Assembly (NCBI RefSeq): GCF_006345805.1
Contig: NC_043015.1
Coordinates: 4,712,001-4,776,000, forward strand
Source: Octopus sinensis
Lineage: Eukaryota
Direction of reading: 5' to 3'
DNA: 64,000 nucleotides
Part shown: piece after piece, positions 55,058 through 64,000 of the stretch
Layout of the letters: each line of letters begins with the position of its first letter
Numbering within the stretch: position 1 is the first letter of the stretch
Notes under the pieces: model-generated
The model's input: only the letters and a program-made list of their open reading frames with translations
What the model was told of the DNA's origin: nothing
The model's database searches: none
Translations under genes and position numbers: made by a program

Positions 55058-55950
55058 TACAGGCTATGATTAGTAAATTGACTCAACTTCATATTTTTTA
55101 TTTCACGCTTGCTCTTTCACCGCCTGTGAGAAAAAGATAACCATGACGAAATTCACTGTACAAGAAGGTTGGGAATGACATACTATACTGCTTGGCATTT
55201 GAGCTGGAAGCTCCAATACAAATATTTCTGAGTGTTTTTTTATTTTTTTGTTGCTAGCCTGAGGAAAATGTAATCCGAGGACATGTACCAAGAGTGATAA
55301 AAAATCAAATATCCAGTTAATATGGTGTTAGGACTTAGGCCGTGTGGGAAGATGAATTAAGACATAACGTCGCCATTACTAGTGATCACTCTGAATACCA
55401 AGATATTAACTGGATATTTGATTTGTTGTCATTCTTGGTACATATCCTCAGATTGCACTCCCCTCATCAAGTGCCCTCATCACATGCCTGGAGGAAGAAG
55501 TGCTGCCCTGGGTCACGAGTGTGGCTACTGGGAAGGCGAATGTCTGGCAACAGGAGCCTACGCCATGCCACACAAGCAGGAGAACGTAGTCATGGTTGTC
55601 AGACAATTTCTGCTACCACATCGACCCTAACATCTGCCTACGTAACTCCACAGACTGCGACCTTCTTCATTATTATGTGTAGGGAGCAGTTGAGCCAGAT
55701 ACCAACAAAAAACTCCTTGTAACACCAATAATAAACTGAAGGCAAGGATTATGGCAGAATTCATGAACTTAAAGAAGGTGATTGTCCAGAAGAGTTGCAG
55801 ATGATTCCGAAGTAATGTGGAGGCCGTGGTTGAAGGCAATGGTGATTCTACTGAATAAATTTAGTCTTTAGTAATTCAATATATTTTATGTAATTTTGGT
55901 AAATATTTGTCGAAAGTGCTTATTTTCATTTCTGTGCAATTTAGACGACT
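55058..55950 (+). mobile_element. Degenerate maT (DD37D)-like transposon with an internal inversion
   Basis: MTKFTVQEGWE N-terminus; VLPWVTSVATGKANVWQQE then 37 residues to the D3 position (NSTDCDLLHYYV); C-terminal EAVVEGNGDSTE*. Same family as 16400-17310. Confidence 0.85.
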
Positions 55951-55965
55951 GTCTTCCCCGCGGTG

Positions 55966-56014
<49 letters not shown>

Positions 56015-56070
56015 CACATACACTCTCATATAAATATTCATATGTATATATATATAAAATACATATGCAT

Positions 56071-56106
<36 letters not shown>

Positions 56107-56714
56107 CCATAAATGCATACATACACACATATGTGTGTGAGTCTGTATGTATGTGTGAGAGATGTGAATGTGTTGTGTTTGTGTTTATGTGTGTTTGCTT
56201 CATTAGAAATTTATACTTAACAAGTAAATAATTCTAGAACAAATCCGTCCTGAATTGTTAAACGTAAGAAATATTTGAATATACACAATATATATAATAA
56301 TTTGAGATCAATTATGTCATATTTAGACGCCGTAGCTTCATTGAACATTCCATATCAGTGTACTGCAAATTTTATTTGATTTTATATTTTGTACTATCAT
56401 TTCATTATTTGAGAACTATTTGTGAGAGAGAACACATATATTTGAATAGTGAAACATATTTCTATCACGACCATGAGGCGTCGATTGTTGCTTTTGGTAC
56501 CGATGTTTTCTTGATGTCTTTATTTATTTGTGATTCGTATTTCAGTTCTCTTTTGTCTAGTAATTACTGATCGTAATAGTTTTACATTTAATTTTAATAT
56601 TCATGTACTATATTTGCATATAAATGATCATAATTCACTTCAAGGTATTCTACGTTTATGAACTAACATACTGTGTGTGCGCGAGCGTTTCTTCCGCGTG
56701 CGTGTGTGTGCATT

Positions 56715-56787
<73 letters not shown>

Positions 56788-57449
56788 ATATATATATATT
56801 ATATATATATATAATAATATATATATATATATAATATATATATGTATGTATTTACTTATTACTACATGTATATTATTTTAATCATTATATAAAACGTTAC
56901 AGATAAATGCTGAGCTACACAAAAGAATGATATGATATGTATTTATTATTAATACTCAAAGAGACACTTAGATGTTCTTGGAGAAATTAATGTTTTTTTT
57001 TTAAATATTTCTAACAACATTCAATACAACTTTGGATATCACAAGTGTGTAATTCATAAAATGACAAAATGTTCAAATAGCTTTACATAACGTCAAACGA
57101 TAATTACATCAGAGGTATAATTGATTTCATGATTTAATTTGCTCCACCACTTCATGTGCATATTACCAATTATCAATTTATTTTCTACTCCGATGTATGT
57201 CACCTTTTCTCTGCATACTTAATTTCATAATCAATTATCTATATAGATACATGCATTCGTACGTACCGAAGTGTGTATGTCCATATGTATGTAAATTTGT
57301 GTTTTATGTATGTTTGTATTTATGTATTATCTACCTTTCGATCGATTGATCGATATATCTACCTATCGGTTTGTTTATCTCCAGGTGTATGTATGTCTGC
57401 CCCTCTCTCTCTCTCTCTCTAATATATATATATATATAATATATATTTT

Positions 57450-57481
<32 letters not shown>

Positions 57482-58529
57482 GTATATATGTATATATGAA
57501 TATATATATATATGTATATATATATATACATACATACATTCACACACATATATTTATGTGGGTCTGTGTATATGTGTGTTTCTATAGCTACAGAAGTACC
57601 TAGCAAACCACTGTGATCAATACATACATGCATACATGCATAAATATATACATATATATATCAGGTTCGAGTATAAATAACATACTGGTACAACAATGTG
57701 CCAAAATTTAAATTGATGTAATGGAAATAGCGGTCAATAATGTACGACGTTATCGTAAAATTTCACTGTACACACACATACACACACATACATACATATA
57801 TATGTATAATACGCTGAAATACGGCGTTTTAGTGCCCTTTGGGTATCCTTTATGAATTGATTTTTCGTGAAGAACCAATTTGGACGGAGATGCTCTTGTG
57901 AGACTTACCGCGATATGGGTTGATATGAGAATCGAGATAGAAATTAGTAAATTCTCAATCAAGTCTTGATTTTTTGCATGAAATATTCCGATAGATATAT
58001 AGATACATAGATAGATATATAGATATATTAATAGATACTTTGATACATTTATATTGACATGGATTACAAAGTGGGTTGTGTATGCTCAATTGTGCCTGCA
58101 TGCTTTTGTATTTGACATGAAACATGTATTTTAAGGGTGATTTTTTACAGAATCTCATGCCTTTCTTTTCCTATGTCTTGCTTAAAATTTGTGAAATCAA
58201 CGCAAAACATTTTTTGCTGCAGTGAGACGGGAAAATTATTCATACTCTTTATGGCTGTCATCAGTATTATCATTCTGGATTTCAGCTACCATCCATAATA
58301 TTATATATAACATTTTGTGCCATTGATTTCTGATATCTATTTCACAACTACGTGGAATATATACAACTGTAGCATATTATTGCAACCTGTTTGTGACTGA
58401 TGCGTCATTTTTAAAAGTATAACGTTATATTTAAGATTTCAAACTTCTTCAATCGATATCTATATGATGAATCATAGTTACTATTTTAAATTTTTAATCA
58501 TTTCGTCATTTGTGCAACGCTCTGAATAT

Positions 58530-58760
58530 AGTTGAATATAGTTAAGGGTGTGTAAACCGAATAATTTTCCTGTGTCTATGCTTTATTTTCTTTATTTCTG
58601 GCCTAATAGGAGGTGTATAAGCTATTTCATGTTTAAATCCACTACCTTTAAGGGCATTGTTATATAGTGGAGAACCATTATTAACTATGGAACTAGAAAT
58701 TCTTCAACCAATATTCGTAAGTAAATTCTTAAACATTATGGGTGTGGGTAGCCTACATTA
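58530..58760 (-). mobile_element. Old PLE fragment, same group as the 29.8-kb element
   Basis: PLYNNALKGSGFKHEIAY...HRHRKIIRFTHP aligns with HYNEALTKAGY...ILWLNIPFN. Confidence 0.6.
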
Positions 58761-58849
58761 ATGTACCTAATTCTATCGTTGGACTTTCTATAATATTTCT
58801 AAATAATTCTTTGTAAATCTAGAGATTCGTCACGAAATTATTTTCTACT

Positions 58850-59220
58850 CTAGGCACAGGGCAAGTAATTTTTCGAGAGAGGGCGCAAGTGGATTAGATT
58901 GACTCCAGTATACAACTGGTACTTAATTTATCGACAACGAAAGGATGAAAGCCGAAGTTCACCTCGGCGGAATTTGAACTCAGAACGTAGAAACAGACGA
59001 ATACCGCTAAGCATTTCCTCCGGCATGCTGACGTTTCTTATTTCTTTATTGCCCACAAGGGGCTAAAAATAGAGGGACCCAAAAAGGGCAAAGGGATTAA
59101 GTCTATTACATTGATCCCAGTGCGTAACTGGTAGATAATTTATCGTGCCCGAAAGGATGAAAGGCAAAATCGACCTCGGGGGAATTTGAACTCAGGACAG
59201 AAAGACAGACGAAATAGTAT
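58850..59220 (-). mobile_element. Two adjacent SINE family 1 copies in the same orientation
   Basis: Two cores TTTATCG...GAAAGGATGAAAG...ACCTCGG.GGAATTTGAACTCAG at ~58925-58985 and ~59138-59195. Confidence 0.8.
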
Positions 59221-59265
59221 TGGGATGAGTGTCAGAGCCGTACATTAATATAGTGTTTGTAAATA

Positions 59266-59303
<38 letters not shown>

Positions 59304-59360
59304 ATATATATATATATAATATATATATATAATATAGATATATATATATAATATATATAT

Positions 59361-59424
<64 letters not shown>

Positions 59425-62259
59425 AAACGAGTAATAGTAATCGTATCTTTACTAAGAACAATATGACTATGCAATACTCGTATATCAGTGCTTTTAAGAG
59501 ATTTGCTAATATATTATATATCAATAATTATCTTTTAATTATATTTTTATACAAGATTCCTTGGCAATTGCGACTATGATAAAACAAATATTTATTCGTT
59601 TGATTTTTTTTTTCAGATTAATTGAATATTTTTTAATAATTATTTTGTTTGTCCCCTCTTGTTTGATAATGTTTTAGGTTCTTTTAATTTTATATTTTAC
59701 TTTTGTTGCTATTATGATTCACGTAATTATTATTCGTGTTCGTTCCTTTATTTCTGTATATATGTATACGTGTATACATGGATGTATGTCTGTGTGTCTG
59801 TGTATGTAACTGTCTATGTATCTATCTCTATATTTATACACACACACACACGTACTCACACATATATACATTCAAACACAGATTTACAGGCTTCGAAGTG
59901 TGTATGTTTTCTTATTTTTGTGCACAGTTTTACTATCCAACATGATGTATTTTATATTCACTACATTTATATGTCTGTCTATCGGAAATCGTATCTCTAA
60001 TGAATGCCGTATGGTATACAGAAAGACGCCAAGAAACCGCTATGAATTCAAATGAAAAAAATATGAATGAAGAATACAGAATTAAAGAAATATAGAAAAT
60101 TATAATAGAATTCATTAATGAAACAATGACTAATTTTACATTGAGTTGATTAAATGAATACTAATATTTTTTAAATGCTATTTTCGTCTGAAACTTCTTT
60201 TGGTATTCTAGGCAATGAAAATAACGTCATTGTTTATACTTTTAATACGGTCCATATATAATGATATATATTATATATTTATATTTTCATAAAGTGATGC
60301 ATGAAACATTGTACCCTACATTGCTTCTTGTGATTTATTTGTTTTGTCTTGTTTAACTATGGTCGTGTAATTATAAAATATATAATTATAAAATATTAAT
60401 TCCTCTCGTGGTTGAAATAGGAACACTTTTCATTGTTTTAGGTTTTCCACCTACATTTGTTTCGTTATGCATTATATTGTGATTAATGGTATATTGCATT
60501 AATGAATGAGCGTTATTTCCGTTTTCTTGGCGCATAATCCAATGTTGATAATCACATATTTTTTCTACAAATGTATAACACCTCTGTAAAGTTTATATTG
60601 TTCCTTTTTTAAGCTGCAGCGTATAATTTAAGAATGTCCATGCAGAAATTAGGATCCAGTGTTCAGAAATATTCGTTTGAAATTCCAGTTTATTTGAACT
60701 CTAGGCAAGATAAAGAGAGGATGACGACATGCATCAAGTTCTCTTTTAATAATGACACCTGTTAAATAACTCCAGTTATTGCTTGATCTGCTGATTAGTT
60801 CAGCCAATTAGCTCTCAATTCTTCGATGTCAGCATTTTATATCTTCTATCGTACGCTAGGCAAAAATTACCATAATGCATATATCGATACAGATGGCAAA
60901 TAACAGATGTCATGCTGAAAATCACTTCTCCTGTTACCTGTACACTATCTTCTCATCTATGTCCGAATAATTCCGAGGTTAACTTTGCATTTAACTTTGC
61001 ATGTTCGACATATACACTCACAGGTAAAGTATATTGATCGATTTCCTCAATTAGCTTCTCTGAAAAATAGTCTATGATTTTGCATACTTATTAGAGGAAA
61101 CGTATTTTAGTAATGGATTTGCAAATAGTGTGAACGCCTAAACATTTCAAGAGGTTAATGTTCTACTTGCCTACGTCTGGGGTTCAAATCTCAGTGGAAT
61201 CAATTTTCCATTTCACACTTCCAGTTTTGAGAAAATATAAGACTAGTCGTGACCCGAGATCGAGAGTTTGAAATGACTATATCCTTAAGATAGTTGATTA
61301 ACAGCCTAAAGGAGAATCCTTTATTATAGTGGAGGCGTAGGGGAAAATGCGTTTGCCAATTTGGATCGTATTCACTTCCAGCAGTCTTTCTTTCTTTACA
61401 TTCCATTAACGTTATACAAACGTCTTTCGTTTATATGCTATAACGTTAGATTTTAAATTAGTGCGGCTATGGTTAGCTGGATTGTTCACTGAGATGCGGT
61501 TTGAACCAGGCTTAAAATGCCATTAATATCGCTTTTGACTCCACTTTATTTTCCACTCTGCATTACGTAACGTTTCTTTGTTGACAATTTCAATGTTTAG
61601 TTCGACATTCTCATAATGATTTCATTAATTTCCATCATTTCTTACCCCTCCATTATCACTTTTTGCTTCACTTCCTCCACAATCTTCCTATTCATTTTCT
61701 ATTCGTCTACATGTATTATACATTGTCAAGACACTTATGCAGTCAGTATTAATTAAAAACAAAATCCATCGGTTTGTTACTATAATATTTATGCAATCTT
61801 AAGGAGACATTTGATACAAAATTTACCGAATACTTGTAAATTGATGGGTTTATCCACTTTGAATAAAACGAAAAACACTGTGTACCGGCTGGCAGTCTTT
61901 GGCGGTTAGGAACGATGATAGTGTTTTATGTTTTGCATGAAATAATTGTGATTCCGCAACGAAATATAACTTACAACTAGTTTGGTTCAGGTGGTGTTCT
62001 GCTATATTTCAGTTCAACGAAATACGTTCATGCTTATGGTTCTTTAATTTGGCAAAAGATCAGCGGCACTAGAGTCTTTGTCTTCGGCTCCCCTTCCTCC
62101 TTATGCTTATCATAATCATTACCACTTTCGTCACCCTCAGCAGCATCAGTAACCTCTATATTATCGTAATGTAGTTACTGTAATTTTCATTATCATTAAT
62201 TAGTCTTTGTCTATATCATCTTTGTAAGCATCACCATCATGCTTGCTAAGTATGCAATT

Positions 62260-62328
<69 letters not shown>

Positions 62329-62664
62329 TTCCATTATTCTATTTTGTAATAAATATTATTTTCGTATATGTAGGTGATAAATAAATATTTTATTATATAA
62401 TAAATTCTAGCAGCACATAGCAATAAGCAATAAAACAAACTATTTTCCATATAACTTGTATTCTTCAAGTATCAAAATCGTATATTATTTTTATGAATCA
62501 TCTGCCTGTAAATAGCTATTTCTGATATCTATTCTTTGAAACACATGTCTTGACCTATATTTTCTCACAGATGTGTGGCCGCGCCCGTTCCCACGTACAC
62601 ATACACACTCAAATAAATAAATCCTTAAAGACATACAAACACGTGCCTAGGAAAAAAATTCGCG

Positions 62665-62702
<38 letters not shown>

Positions 62703-63004
62703 AACATGCATGCTTTCGAAAGCAGAGAAAAACTTACTCACACACGATTACACGAAGTCACTTACACATCTAATTTAACGATAAAAGACGACTTCCATAC
62801 AGCCTTTGATTGTCTATATTGGCTAAATCGCTTTCTCGCTCAAAAATTGTTTGAGCAGTAATGTGCCAAAATGTAGAATTTAACATAAGAATTATCGCTC
62901 GATTCTCCACATATTTTATAATCCAATACATTATATTCTATAAAGCTAAATAAATAATCAGTGGCTCTTTCGGGGGACGGAAACTGAAAGAAGTTTGAGG
63001 TACG

Positions 63005-63035
<31 letters not shown>

Positions 63036-63055
63036 TATATATATATTATATATAC

Positions 63056-63158
<103 letters not shown>

Positions 63159-63224
63159 TTCTGTGAGTGTGGCATTGAGTTTGCTGTGTGTGTGCCTGCT
63201 TGCACGTAGATAGTTGTATGTGTG

Positions 63225-63272
<48 letters not shown>

Positions 63273-63278
63273 TATATA

Positions 63279-63920
63279 AATTTAAAATAAGGATGAGAAA
63301 TTAGATATTAATCTAATTAACATCGATTTCACACCAGTCGTCTAGCATATGAAAAACTAAAGTTTCAGTAAAATTGTATCATGTCCATATTAGAGGGAAA
63401 CCCCTAAGTGGACCCCCTTATGATAGAAATAGATCCGCTATTGCCTTACCACTAAGAAATGTTCTCAAGAAAAAATTAGCAAAACAACCAAAACGTACTC
63501 AAACAAGACAAAAGAAAAAGCAATAACAATATGAATTCCTCGCATACGTGTTTCACTATTATCATATTACGTAATTCTACTTACATAAATGTCCGTAGAT
63601 CATTGATGCGACCGTCCTGATTAATATAATTTTCCCGACTGCATACTAGGAAATCTACACAATGTCAGATTTGTAAAGTGTTCTACTCATTACACACGCG
63701 GTTACTATTCCAAATGTTCTCGTTTTAGAGCGCTAAATTACCGGAAAAAACTGATGCTGCAGAAATACTTTACTGCAGTGGCCTTTGCCGGTTAGAAAAC
63801 GTATTAATTTAAATTTAAATTTAAAATGGGGGTGAGAAATTAAATAGTAATTTAATTAACATCGATTTCACACCAGTGGTCTAGCATATATAAACACTGA
63901 ACATTCAGTAAAATTGTATT
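63279..63920. repeat. ~100-bp imperfect direct repeat with 539-bp spacing
   Basis: TGAGAAATTA...AATTAACATCGATTTCACACCAGT.GTCTAGCATAT...TTCAGTAAAATTGTAT at ~63279-63380 and ~63818-63920. Confidence 0.85.
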
Positions 63921-64000
63921 AAATTTCTTAAAATGGACAGTGTTTTGTACATTAGCTGCACCGATCAAGGCAGACGTGTTAAATACCATATAGAAATAAA

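Noticed and set aside
57900-57965. Strong minus-strand donor CGCG|GTAAGT near 57905-57910
   Set aside because: No convincing acceptor or recognisable peptide upstream; isolated donors are expected by chance.
60634-60765. Short + ORF containing FEIPVYLNSR, reminiscent of a dynein heavy chain C-terminal motif
   Set aside because: Only ~43 aa, with no further similarity or exon context; likely coincidence.

Overview
Strongly AT-rich eukaryotic non-coding DNA, packed with (TA)n, (TAA)n, (GATA)n, (CA)n and (GA)n microsatellites and tRNA-derived SINEs. The repeat types suggest an octopus or other coleoid cephalopod; this is an inference, not a database match. I cannot support any host protein-coding gene, and most ORFs in the track are microsatellite artefacts. 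Recognisable content: (1) a young, nearly intact Penelope-like retroelement (PLE) at 27515-34343, with RT (YRDD), a C-terminal GIY-YIG endonuclease, two ~1.63-kb pseudo-LTRs, a 5' inverted segment and a type I hammerhead ribozyme (HHR) in each pLTR copy; (2) a non-coding ~544-bp tandem array folded into a 3.1-kb palindrome at 12291-15419, with one HHR-like motif per full monomer (retrozyme-like); (3) a ~870-890-bp tandem unit at 40806-42673 carrying a GIY-YIG-like mini-ORF; (4) R4/Dong-type REL-endonuclease LINE fragments sitting in (TAA)n; (5) older PLE, RTE, mariner and maT fragments, and many SINEs. The main lead is that three unrelated insertions are all longer than one unit and all bounded by (TA)n; two also have a 5'-5' inversion and a sense-strand HHR. 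That pattern suggests copying from ribozyme-processed circular or multimeric RNA. All alignments and folds were done by eye; edges of degenerate elements are approximate.
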